A DNA stretch of 59,922 nt from a virus (taxonomy: Duplodnaviria > Heunggongvirae > Uroviricota > Caudoviricetes > Herelleviridae): the IMG/VR virus record IMGVR_UViG_2974632988_000001, positions 1-59,922 of that record; one strand, written 5' to 3'. The notes beneath the pieces are model-generated. The model ran no database searches. It worked only from the letters and a program-made list of their open reading frames with translations, and was not told the DNA's origin. The translations under genes and the position numbers were made by a program. Each line of letters starts with the position of its first letter. Position 1 is the stretch's first letter. Of the stretch, positions 39,753 to 50,588 are shown piece by piece.

Positions 39753-40406
39753 TTAGTTTCTCTCTCCTTCTTCGAATCCTACAATGATAGACTTAGAACC
39801 TTCTATTAATCTTTCTTCTATTTGACTTACCCAGAACTCATGTTTATTGCCGATAACAACTACATCGGCTGTAATCTCGGAAGGTAGTGTGCTACTAGTA
39901 TCCGTTTCGTATACTTCCATTCCTTCTAGGTTATTAGCAATAAAACTTTTACCTAGACCAGACTCACCACAGAAAATCCAAACAGGTCGTTCTTCTGAAT
40001 ATCTTTCACCTGCGATGAATAAGCTCTCATCCACAGTGTAGTATCCTCCCGGATAGTAGCCATCTCCTCCATCGTAAGAGACATTAAATACTTGGTTTTC
40101 TAAGTCGTAGTAATCTTCATCCTCATGCATATCCGGAATCATAAGAATACTTTTTGATTTATGCGTGTAACCTTCGAATCTATCTACGTGTTCTACACTG
40201 ATACGCCCCCATGAAGCAGTACACCAACCAGAACCACATTCACCTTCCTCATCCCATAGCGTAATCGTTAATTTCTGGTTGTTCTTATCTAATCCTAGTA
40301 ATACGTGTCGTGTTTTTACTGCATCCGTGTACTCAAAGTCGCAGTTATGCCCACTAACAGTTTGTCCAACATATTTCTCTTTTCTCATTGCTAAAATTCT
40401 AATCAT
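39753..40406 (-). CDS. Protein with a C-terminal P-loop (minimal NTPase/kinase domain)
   Basis: VWIFCGESGLGKSFIA Walker A; aromatic/acidic N-terminal domain. Confidence 0.7.
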   Translation of the reverse strand: MIRILAMRKEKYVGQTVSGHNCDFEYTDAVKTRHVLLGLDKNNQKLTITLWDEEGECGSGWCTASWGRISVEHVDRFEGYTHKSKSILMIPDMHEDEDYYDLENQVFNVSYDGGDGYYPGGYYTVDESLFIAGERYSEERPVWIFCGESGLGKSFIANNLEGMEVYETDTSSTLPSEITADVVVIGNKHEFWVSQIEERLIEGSKSIIVGFEEGERN

Positions 40407-40584
40407 TTTCTATTCCTCCTATAAGTTATGTAAACTTCCCATTACAACTACTTCATAATCATCTAGAGCTTCATGAACTAAATCTGATACAGCTTCTTGT
40501 GTCTCTGGTGGTAGTAGCTCTATAAACTCCCATATATCTGTGACAAAGTGTGTCTCTCCATTCAACTCTACTTTTGTCATATAA

Positions 40585-41470
40585 TTAACCTCTACTTTCT
40601 CTAAGAAATGTATACGATGATATAGTTAAACTCTTAACCTCTCGACCTGTTTCTTTATAAATACTGTCCATTGTATGTTCTTGGATTTTTTTCAATGTTT
40701 TTTCTGACATAATTTTTTTACCGCATATATAGTATGTAGCGCTTCCTGTCCCCGGTTCTCCGCTTTTAAGTGTAAAGTGGTAATGTACGTGGTACCAAAA
40801 CTTTCTAACTCTCATTATTCTTCCTCCTTATATAGTTCTTCTGCAATCATATTAGATAGTGGCGGGAATACTAAGATGCTATCGGCATCATAATAATCTT
40901 TTCTATCGTCTATCGCTTTCTTAACCTCCGCTTTACTCATACACTTAATTACTTCATGGTCTTCTCCCCCATATCGAGAATTTGTGAGTAAAATAACCCA
41001 TTGTGCAAGCTTGTCCTTTCTAGAAGGGAAAATAGGGTGTGCTACTAAGCTTTCTAGTTCTTCTTCTGTCACAGGCATAATAAAGTTACCGTATTCGTCT
41101 TCAATAATGTACGGCTTCTTCGTACTGTAAGATGTATCTACAATCGATGCTGTTGTTCCTGTATGTAAGTCGAAACCAAAATCATCGTAGGCTACTACTA
41201 CATTAAGCTCAAACTCAAAACCTTGTTTATATTTCATTACTTGTCACTTCCTTTCATAAATATAGAGAAGCTATTCCCTACTCGTAAAGTGTATGTATCT
41301 TTATCTTTTGTTAGTGCTTCTACAATTTGAAACTCCATATCAGTCTTACAGTGAATTGTAACTCTACCATCACCTCGTAACATACGTTCGTAAGCACTAA
41401 ACCAATATAGGTATTTACTAAACTCATTCATTTGAGTAATCATCTTACCTCTACTTCGCATCATTTTCAT
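40585..41470 (-). other. Three hypothetical CDS (41237-41470, 40815-41237, 40585-40815)
   Basis: Coupled ORFs with GGAG(G) RBSs. Confidence 0.65.
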
Positions 41471-41768
41471 TCTCCTCCTTAGGGTCGAAATCTGTAAACA
41501 TTAGGCTCTCTGTTTCTAGTGACTCTGGGTTGTATGTAAACTTAACCTTAGAACCTTTCGTAGCTGCTTTTGCTGTAAGCTCTGATGAACGTAACTTTAC
41601 TGTTGTATCCCCTTTTTTAACTGTTAAGAAGTATTCGCAATATCTACGCTGGCAGTCAAGTCCACCTATATCTACTATCTCTGCATTCTCTACTGTAACC
41701 TTTTTTGTTTCTCCACCACAAGCCCCTAAGAAAAGCAAGGGAGCTACTAAAGCTATTTTCTTCCACAT
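41451..41768 (-). CDS. Lipoprotein
   Basis: MWKKIALVAPLLFLGAC lipobox; first gene behind the promoter at 41814. Confidence 0.75.
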   Translation of the reverse strand: MWKKIALVAPLLFLGACGGETKKVTVENAEIVDIGGLDCQRRYCEYFLTVKKGDTTVKLRSSELTAKAATKGSKVKFTYNPESLETESLMFTDFDPKEENENDAK

Positions 41769-41950
41769 ATTATCTCCTCCTTATAATTCTATATTACTAC
41801 ACTCTTTACTTTAAGTCAACAATTATTTTAAAGAAAAGAGGGAAAATTCCCTCTAATCTAGTGAAATTATGTCGTAATCGTATTTATAGTTATATGTACT
41901 ATTATATGTATATTCATAGGTGACTTCATTATATAAGTCTATGTATTTAC

Positions 41951-42883
41951 TCATAGTGTTCCGCGAGCCTTTAACACTTGTTTTACAATCTGTGGTAGTA
42001 CTCCACCTACAGCTCGTCGAACCTCTCTCTTCTCGTGTTCAGCAGGTAATAGCTCGTCCGCTTCTTCTTCCATGATATCTTGATATACTACGTTACCAGC
42101 AGCCTTTAAGATATCTCCCATGTCTTGGATAACCAGTACATCTGGTAATACTCCTTCATCAGATAGCTTGTACAAGATTTTATCGACACGAGCTTCTGTT
42201 ACTGTAGCGTTTACGAATGCGCGCTCTGCTGATGCTTTGTTCGGGTCTTTTGGTGCTTTTTGTTTAGAACCTTTAGAATTATGTACTTCCAAGAATGCTT
42301 CGTCTACCAGTTTCAAGAACACTTGGTCTTTATCATTTACTTTCTTAACTACGATACCTTCTCCACCTTCTTTGTCGCCCACATGACCTCCTAGAGCTGT
42401 TTTACCTACAAAGCTCATTAAGTGTTCGAAGTCAATGTATTCGCCTTTGTAGAGGACAGGAGCTAGGTTTAACCCTAATCGTTTCGCTTCCTCTTCTACT
42501 TTATCGTATGGTAAGTATTTCTTAGCTTTTGTATCGTATAAGTCGAATAAGAAATATGTACGTGTAAACTCTTCTGCGTATCTAACTTTATGTGGTGCTG
42601 TCCATTCTCCAAAGTATAGTACATCCGGTAGTAGGGCTTGTCCATTGATGTTGTCAATTGTCCACTCTACGAATCCGTTTAACCCCCACTCTTCTGTAAG
42701 CTCTAACTTACGTGAGAATCGTCTAACCTTGTCCACTCCAGTGTCTTGTGCGAATGAAGCGTTACTCCCATCAACTTTTTCATAGATTACGATTTCGTCT
42801 CCCGGGTTAAGTAATCCTTGTGTACCTGATTTCCCGTAACGAATTACCTTTGTGTAATGTTTTTGTTCAAATGAATTTGTCAT
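41951..42883 (-). CDS. ATP-dependent RNA ligase, Rnl2-like
   Basis: YEKVDGSNAS (motif I), YFGEW (III), FLFDL (IIIa), EGIVVK (IV), FLKLV (V); own TTGACA(42926-31)-17-TATAAT(42903-08) promoter. Confidence 0.85.
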   Translation of the reverse strand: MTNSFEQKHYTKVIRYGKSGTQGLLNPGDEIVIYEKVDGSNASFAQDTGVDKVRRFSRKLELTEEWGLNGFVEWTIDNINGQALLPDVLYFGEWTAPHKVRYAEEFTRTYFLFDLYDTKAKKYLPYDKVEEEAKRLGLNLAPVLYKGEYIDFEHLMSFVGKTALGGHVGDKEGGEGIVVKKVNDKDQVFLKLVDEAFLEVHNSKGSKQKAPKDPNKASAERAFVNATVTEARVDKILYKLSDEGVLPDVLVIQDMGDILKAAGNVVYQDIMEEEADELLPAEHEKREVRRAVGGVLPQIVKQVLKARGTL

Positions 42884-42931
42884 GTGTATTTTCTCTCCTC
42901 TTATTATATTAAATTATCAATGAGCTGTCAA

Positions 42932-44400
42932 TTAGTTAAATCTTAAATCTACTGCACCTAAACTCTTAGCCTTGTCCCAAAAATCTCTTAAAATACTTTT
43001 CTTGCTTAATCCTGTACCATCGTATGCAAATGTTTGGTTTGTCTTATGTACTTTATAATACCCACTAAAACCGTTATCTTCCTTCTTTAATACGAGCTGG
43101 AAAACACCACCTATATTGTAACTCTTAAACTCTTCTTCGTAGTGAGTTACTACACACCCGTCTTCATGATAATCGCAGCTTGCTACTAAGAGGTTCATAG
43201 TTTCACCTCTTGTATGTAGGAGATGTCATCTGTTAAGATAATAACACCGAAAAACATTGCTGCTGGTAAACTAAAATCGAAGTTTTGGTATAACTCTCCC
43301 ATAGTTTTATAATCCTTTAACTTAAAATCTAGGTGTGCGCCGCTTTTTAAACGGATTCGAATATTCATTATAATTCCTCCTTTGTCTTTGCATTGCGCTC
43401 TAACCACGCCATTGTGTTGTCAATCTTCTTTTTGGTCTTAGTTAGTTCATCAAATTCATAATATGGTAGACTCCACATGTTCTTTGCATGTTTCATAAGT
43501 TCAAAGACATGCTGTAGTTTCACATACTTGTGACCGCCGCCAACTACTACAATCTTCTCAGGCTCTTCGAAATCAGCTCTAACGAAGTCTCTATTATTTA
43601 GGTATCGAGAGCCTGTCCCTTCCTCAGATAAGTTGTAAACACCGTTATGATGAAATACTTCTGCTATTTCCCACGGAGTATCTAGGTTATTTCCTAGTTC
43701 TGGGTCATTTATGTACTGTTCACCGTTTTTCATTGTGATAATGATATTCTTCTTGCTCATAGCTTGTCCTCCTCTAGTCCTAAAGCTTCTCTTATATCTT
43801 TCTGCGCTCGTTCTATCCCTGCTCTGTACCCCTCATCTCGTTCTCTAGCTGTATGTAGTGATATTTTATGTAGGAAGTTAATCATCCCTATATGACCTAA
43901 TAGAAGTTCATATAAGAATGTTGTTAACTCCGCATAAGCGTGTTCTCTAACTAGCTCCTCTATAGTTCCAATCGTGTAGTAGTCAGAGATATAAACATAT
44001 TGACCGAACCTAGTTTCGAATCTATATAATGGTGTATCTATTTTATCGTGAACTCTTTTGAATAGTTCTCCGTGTTCGATTACACTGTTATAAGCTCCGG
44101 TTGTGTCAACTTTCTCCCCAATCCAGTAGATAGTCATCCTCTCTCCTCCTATGCATATTCATAAAAATCATTTTCTAGAAAGAAGTTTAAAGGTGTGTCT
44201 ACCTTGAAAGCTCCTTTTCTATCGAATCCTATACCATCCTTAGGAATCTCTTTTCTAAGCATTTTTCCACTGATGATTCTATAAGCGTAATCTGCTTCTC
44301 TAGTTGTTATCCACTTAAACTTCATTTCTGCTAAGACATCCACACCTCGAAATGGTTTACCTCTTTTAATTCCACTTCGTTTATGTACTACCATAGTCAT
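42932..44400 (-). other. Five hypothetical CDS (44149, 43757, 43368, 43195, 42932)
   Basis: Coupled ORFs with RBSs. Confidence 0.65.
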
Positions 44401-44479
44401 ACTATCAACTCCTTATTAGATATGAGTCTAGTGTACCACATTAACCAACAGTGTACAACACTTTGAAACACTTATATCA

Positions 44480-44689
44480 TTATTTTTTGCTATACTTAGC
44501 TACCCATTCATCTGTTAGGTGACCTTCTCTAGTCAAGTGGCTTATGCAATTCTTAACTCCAGCAAGCCAACCTGTCATGTTAGCTCCTAAAACAGTAGCC
44601 AAGCCTCCTAGAACTGTGTGACCGTTACTGATAAGTATCCCGCCTACTAATACTGCTGCAAATCCTCCGAATAAAATCGCTTTATTCAT
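44480..44689 (-). CDS. Small Gly-rich two-TM membrane protein (paralogue of 45966-46169)
   Basis: ISNGHTVLGG vs ISNDYTVLGV; own promoter at 44743. Confidence 0.7.
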   Translation of the reverse strand: MNKAILFGGFAAVLVGGILISNGHTVLGGLATVLGANMTGWLAGVKNCISHLTREGHLTDEWVAKYSKK

Positions 44690-44927
44690 TATAATTCCTC
44701 CTCTTTATCTTATACCTTTATATTACACTATCATTTACTTAAAGTCAAGAACTTTTTTAGTCATTTACTTAAATCCTTTTGTTCTTTTTGCTAACTCACC
44801 CTCCGCTAACTCTAGCATATTACGATAGTAGTCATCCATAGGCTCACCTTCATCAACCTTGTCCCTATAGAAATCGATGTACATTAGTAAATTCTCTGTA
44901 GGCATATTCTCGAAATCTACTGGGCTA

Positions 44928-45380
44928 CTAATCTTCTTTCTCATCTGTAATCTCTCCCTCTGCTTTTATAGATGCTTTCCCGTTTGCTTTTACTGCTAAG
45001 TCCAAACAAAAGTCTCTAATATTATTCAATGAGCCTAGTAAGCTACTAATAGAATCATGGTCTTCTAGACCTCCAATAGCATCGCTGACAACACACAATT
45101 CACCTAATCTTTCTACAAGTATATCTACCACTTCATGAGATTTTTTAAGAGCCTCAACTTCCAGATTACTAGACTCACCCCACACTTTATGATACGTATT
45201 GTAACGGAATGAGCGAATAACCTCTTCTCCCACCCATAATTCTACAATAGCTGACTGATTACTGTATGTCTTCGCTGCAAGCGCAACATCTTTAGCTCTT
45301 TCAAAGTCTGCACCAATATATTTAGTGTGACTCTTATAATCCTCGTCCTTAATTATCCCTACGTAAGTAATAGTTTCCAT
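44928..45380 (-). CDS. Hypothetical protein (paralogue of 46747-47157)
   Basis: ITYV..D..Y.G.D..A..E.W pattern followed by a helical C-terminus. Confidence 0.7.
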   Translation of the reverse strand: METITYVGIIKDEDYKSHTKYIGADFERAKDVALAAKTYSNQSAIVELWVGEEVIRSFRYNTYHKVWGESSNLEVEALKKSHEVVDILVERLGELCVVSDAIGGLEDHDSISSLLGSLNNIRDFCLDLAVKANGKASIKAEGEITDEKED

Positions 45381-45965
45381 TATAATTCCCCCAATTATTT
45401 AATGTATTCAGTAACCATTCTATTTCCGCCCAATCGCTCATGAACTTTCTTCTGTACTTTGTAAAGCTTACCATCTACATATTCTTCTCTTTCTATTAGT
45501 ATTTCTGATGGCGCTCTATACCCTTTACGAACCCAGAAAGAACGGTTTCCATACCCTTTATGCGTCGGGTGTACTACATGTTCCCACGTACCTCCTATAC
45601 TAGCTCTGTACGCGGGATTAGCTGCTTTCGCTAACTCATGTGTACTCCTTAGTTCTGCTTGTGTAATCCCTCCTCCCCATAAATTGATGTGCCAGAACAG
45701 TCTAATATAATCTTTTATGTACTGTATCATCGTAATTCCTCCTACTCGTTCAAGAATTTATACTCGTTATCTACACAATACTCATAAGCTCTTTGTAAAT
45801 CCTCTGGTAGCATATCCTCAAAAGGACACTCAACCTCTTCATCTAGTAGTTTATACACGTGATAGCAATATGAAACCTTTGCTTCCCAGTTCTTCTCTTT
45901 CAACTGTTCAAAGTAAAGCTTTGCCTTTGGGCTACTTAGCATTTCTTTAATTTCTTTTACTCCCA

Positions 45966-46169
45966 TCATAATTCACCCTTTTCTACTAATCTATGATATG
46001 TTTTAGCCGCTAAGTTAACCCCACCTACGAAACCTAATAGTACGCCACCCATTGTAGTTAGTGACACGCCTAATACAGTGTAGTCATTACTTATAGAAAC
46101 AATACCAGCTAACACGCCTACTACACCTAACCCACCAATAATGTAATCACCTTTATTTATTAAGCTCAT
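45966..46169 (-). CDS. Small Gly-rich two-TM membrane protein
   Basis: Two hydrophobic Gly-rich helices; AGGAGGG RBS. Confidence 0.7.
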   Translation of the reverse strand: MSLINKGDYIIGGLGVVGVLAGIVSISNDYTVLGVSLTTMGGVLLGFVGGVNLAAKTYHRLVEKGEL

Positions 46170-46180
46170 ATTAAGCCCTC

Positions 46181-46447
46181 CTATAGTACTTTATAGTCTA
46201 ACTCTACGTCCTCTAAGTAAATTGTCTCTGTCGATAATTCTACACGAGCTACATACCAGTGACTTTCTACATTGTCGAATACATAGAAATTATCAAACCT
46301 ACTGGAGCCGTAGCCGTCTACTAAGTCCAAATGATTCTCTTTGATGTATTCAATCCCTTTTGTTAAATCATCCGTAACCGCTACTAAATCATCAAAACCA
46401 CCACAAGGGTAATAATTATCAAATCCGAATATTAGATATCTTTTCAT
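46181..46447 (-). CDS. YP-x-GG family paralogue
   Basis: RYLIFGFDNYYPCGGFDDL. Confidence 0.75.
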   Translation of the reverse strand: MKRYLIFGFDNYYPCGGFDDLVAVTDDLTKGIEYIKENHLDLVDGYGSSRFDNFYVFDNVESHWYVARVELSTETIYLEDVELDYKVL

Positions 46448-46760
46448 TTAACTTCTCCTCCGCTTCTTTAATAGCTACATCTTGTCCCTCTTTATACCAT
46501 GTATCATACGATATTAGTCCACCTTTAGTCAAGTCCAAGTCTGGTCTACGTCGCTTAACTTCTGTGATGAATCCACCACACATAACAGTCTCATCATAAT
46601 GGCAAGCCCAGTTATGTCCAGTTTCTTCTTTCATCTTAATAATGTCATACTCTGTAGGTAAGCACCCATAGTTCTGTGCCTGTTCAGAGTCATCCGTATA
46701 AGCGAATGGGCAAGTGATACAACCGCCTGTCCCATTATTAGCCATCTCACGCTTGCACAT
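46419..46760 (-). CDS. Cys-rich hypothetical protein
   Basis: CITCPFA..NYGCLP..WACH..CGG metal-ligand pattern. Confidence 0.7.
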   Translation of the reverse strand: MCKREMANNGTGGCITCPFAYTDDSEQAQNYGCLPTEYDIIKMKEETGHNWACHYDETVMCGGFITEVKRRRPDLDLTKGGLISYDTWYKEGQDVAIKEAEEKLNEKISNIRI

Positions 46761-47800
46761 ATAAATCCGCCATGATGTGTTTAATTGTATTCACGTTGTT
46801 AGCGATGTCTCTTAGCTTATCTGCGGTGTGGTTCGGGTTATCCTGATTACATAACAACTGTTTCACATTGTCGAAATTATCTAATTGTTTTACCAACTCA
46901 CAAGAAGTGTTTAGTGCATCATCTAACATCTTTTTAAGCTTGTCCTCTCTTAAACCCCATTTACCTCCAATCCTTGTTAACACTTGTACCTTCTGTCCGT
47001 TGTGCCATACCTCTTTTTCGAAGTCATCAAGTATAGAACCATTAATCGAAGCATCTGCTAGTTGCTCATCAAAACCTGCATACAATACAGGAGTAGACCC
47101 ATTTAACTCATCATAACCAGTTACTACATAGGTAATGTTTACATTATTATTTGACATCTAAAATTCCTCCCATCATGTCTACTTCGTATGCTGTAATGTA
47201 CGTATGAGCTGCAAGTAAGAATATCTCTCCTGCTATCAATATTACAGCTTTCTTGTATTTATCCTCAATATCGAATAGTACATCAGTATCGTCAAACAAC
47301 TTCTGTAACCCATATCTAAGGTTATTTGTAATAACTACAGTTTCTCCGTCATGTTCGATTTTGTATCTCATTTTAATATTCCCCTCTCTGTACATCATAA
47401 TCTGTTAACCAGTACTTAATATTTGTAAACCCAAAATTCTCAAGGTTTTCTCTGTACCTTTCAATTACACCATCAATTCTCCCTAACACTTCGTATCTGT
47501 CATACCCATAAAAAGTTAATTCTACGGAGCTAACGACTGTTTTACCGTTAGCCCGAACAAAACTTTCATTTAAATATAGTTCTCTTGACATTGATATCCC
47601 TCCAATTACTTAATGGTGGCGTAAATCCTTACGCAAGTTACGTCTTCTTGTTTTGAGTATTTAACATTACACTCATCTAAAGTATGTGTAATCAACTTAA
47701 TCTCGGATTCATGGTCTTTTAAGATTCTACACCAACCATGTCTTCTTAAGCATGACAACCCACCTAGAACTACTGTTATTTCACTTCCCACAGACAGCAC
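46747..47800 (-). other. Four hypothetical CDS (47606, 47373, 47147, 46747) behind the promoter at 47841
   Basis: Promoter TTGACT-17-TAATAT; coupled ORFs. Confidence 0.65.
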
Positions 47801-48220
47801 CTCCTTTCGTTACCTTTATATTATCATAGCTTTTACTTTAAGTCAACAACTTTTTATTCATCTTTTCTTTTTATCGTGTATATTGTTTCCTTAACTTGCA
47901 CCTTAATAGCTCCATTATCATAAGCCCGTTGCGCGCGTTCAATCGCTTCTGTCCTAGTTTTAGCTGGAACACTAGAAGAGAAGTCATCCCCTTCTAGCCA
48001 CCATATTACTTCGTACATATTATCTCCCCCTTTAGCAACATCCTTTTCCTTCTTTGCACATCCACTCTACAAACTCACCTTCGTTACCATCTCTATCCGT
48101 AAATACTGGAACCTTCTCGATTTCGTCCTTATTTGTGTTAAAACAAAGGATACACTCTTTTACTTCGCTACATGCTTTCTTAGTCATTTGTACTTCCTCC
48201 TTGTTAAAATGAGAACTTTA

Positions 48221-48736
48221 TTACTCTCCCGTATTGCTTCTATATGACATTGCATCTCTTTTTAATCCCTGCAACCTCTCTATTATTTCATCAATGTCCT
48301 CATACCCTACATATACATCTTCTCCTTCGATTTTAACTCTTATATCCTCTCCTTCTTGTGTTATTTGTAAACTATTTGAGCTGTATTTACATTCTCCATA
48401 TACCATAATGCATTTCCTCCTAAGTAATTGTTTTTCTTAACTGTCTTTATCTTATCACGCTATTTACTTAAAGTCAACAACTATTTTTAAACTTTTTCAA
48501 TCCCAGTCATCATAATAAGTCTCAACCGAACCAGTTACAACTAAAGTCTCGAACTTATCCATATCCAGTATATGCTTTACTGTCGGTAATGTCTCTTCTG
48601 TGTCTGGGTCTGATATGTAACATATGTCATAAGCTTTCTTCTTTGCATCTTCATCATCTTTAGCCAGTAGCAATCCGTTTATTTCTACTTCTGGGTCGCA
48701 AAATTCGTATTTGTATAATCCACCTTTATTACTCAT
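48221..48736 (-). other. Two singly promoted small acidic CDS (48497-48736, 48221-48406)
   Basis: Promoters at 48785 and 48472; the second contains the TAGTTGTTGACT repeat core. Confidence 0.65.
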
Positions 48737-48927
48737 TCACATCATCCCTTTCGTTACCTTAATACTACCACTACTTTTACTTTAAGTCAACAACTATTTT
48801 TAAAAAATCTCACACGTTATTTCATTTTGTGTAAGAACCAGAACATAAGACACCCCATCGCAATGACCCCTACAGCCGTTATAATCATACCCGTGTGAGA
48901 ATCCATATAAAATATCATGCTGTCTCC

Positions 48928-50165
48928 TTACTGGTTAGCGCTCGATTCTAATAACTTCTGTGTACGAGCAATCTCTTTGCCCTGCTTATTTGTTATGATG
49001 AGAGTTAAGTCTCCTTCTTTAGCTTTCCCATTATGAAATGTATTATTAAAAGCCTGTAAATAATATCCGAAGCTATCCTTATTCGCTCTCACGATATCAT
49101 ACACCTGTGTAGCAGTACCATTATGGACTCTAGCCGCGTTGTCAATATCTAAAGCTACCGTTACAGTGTACTTATCTGGGATATCCCACTTCATATTGAA
49201 GTATCCCATATTTTCGAATGATACTAAATAGTCTAAAATTTCAATAAAGTCCGCTTTATTCTTCTCATACTTCAACTCATCAATCTGATACTGGTTTGCC
49301 CGTCTATCTGTCTCAGTGTATGGAAGACTAGCTACATTTGTAACTGTCTTCGCTTTCCCAAAAAACGTATGATATCCCGTGAACAGACACACAACAGCCA
49401 ATCCGATGATAGCTGGTTTTCTATTCTTCAACTGTATCACCCTCCTTCACCTCTTCACACATTGTTACACTCACATAAGAAGCGTCTTCTTTAAAGATAT
49501 ATGCTTTCTCTCCTTTAACCTCTGGATGGTGAATAATACCTATAACTGTATTCACCTTGTTTCCTGATTTAAACGGTTTTCCTGATTTCTTTTTAACTTT
49601 CACTTTAATCCTCTCCTTTACTTTGCAATTACATTAACTAAATTTTTACCTTTCCATACACCTATAACTTTATCTCCAATCTCTAAGCGCTTCCCTACTT
49701 GTTGGGGTGTTAGGTTTATACCTTGTCGCATACCTCGTTTATCGAACTCATTACCTATAGCTAAGTACTCATCCCCCTCAATAGAAACTAACTCGTACAC
49801 AACAGTTCTCGTCATATTCTCAGCTATTTCTCTTTTCGCCTCTCTAATCTCATTCTTGCGGTATTCGATAGCCCAATGCAAGCCCCCGCCACATAATGCA
49901 AGTACTGCCACATAAGAAATAATTTTTGTTTTGAATCGCTTCACTGTCATTTCCTTCATCTCCTCAATTAATATCTAGCTTGTTCTAAACGTACATAGCT
50001 ATTTCTACTTGGGTTCGGGTGCTTATACTTGTTATCTGCAATTTTAACCGCTTTAAGTTCATTCACCACGTAATCTTCAAACACTTCTTTATTAGGCATA
50101 TAGTAACCTTGACCTTCGTGTTCGTCTGTATCCATATTATAAAAAGCAACAACAAGTTTACTCAT
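48928..50165 (-). other. Operon behind the promoter at 50232: 49968-50165, 49618-49959 (TM-anchored), 49421-49603, 48928-49440 (TM-anchored)
   Basis: N-terminal signal anchors IISYVAVLALCGGGL and IIGLAVVCLFTG. Confidence 0.65.
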
Positions 50166-50273
50166 TGTTTTCTCCCCCTTTTCTCTTCCTTGTTTATCTT
50201 ATACTTTTATATTACACTATCATTTACTAAAAGTCAACAACTTTTTCTATAAAACCGTTAAGCAACACCCCTT

Positions 50274-50498
50274 TCATTCATCATCTTCATCTTCATCTTC
50301 ATCTATGACAGGTGGTTCTATAAGTTCCTTGCCACACATTGGACAGAAGTTAATTTTAACCGCTTCTTCAAAACTTGAATCACAAGAGTAAGCTTGGTAG
50401 TCTAAGCTAAGTTTATTACCTTCTATACGAATATCTATCCACTCTGCTTCAATAAGCTCTGTACGGTGGTATCCGTCTGTTTTACAATATTTACACAT
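50274..50498 (-). CDS. Small Zn-finger protein with acidic tail (start corrected to ATG 50498)
   Basis: MCKYC ... NFCPMCG; AAGGGAG RBS; promoter at 50553. Confidence 0.7.
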   Translation of the reverse strand: MCKYCKTDGYHRTELIEAEWIDIRIEGNKLSLDYQAYSCDSSFEEAVKINFCPMCGKELIEPPVIDEDEDEDDE

Positions 50499-50588
50499 CT
50501 TGTTAGCTCCCTTTCGTTTTCTTACTCTTATCTTACTACTATGTTTACTGTTAGTCAACAACTTTTATTCTTATTTTTAAAAATATTT

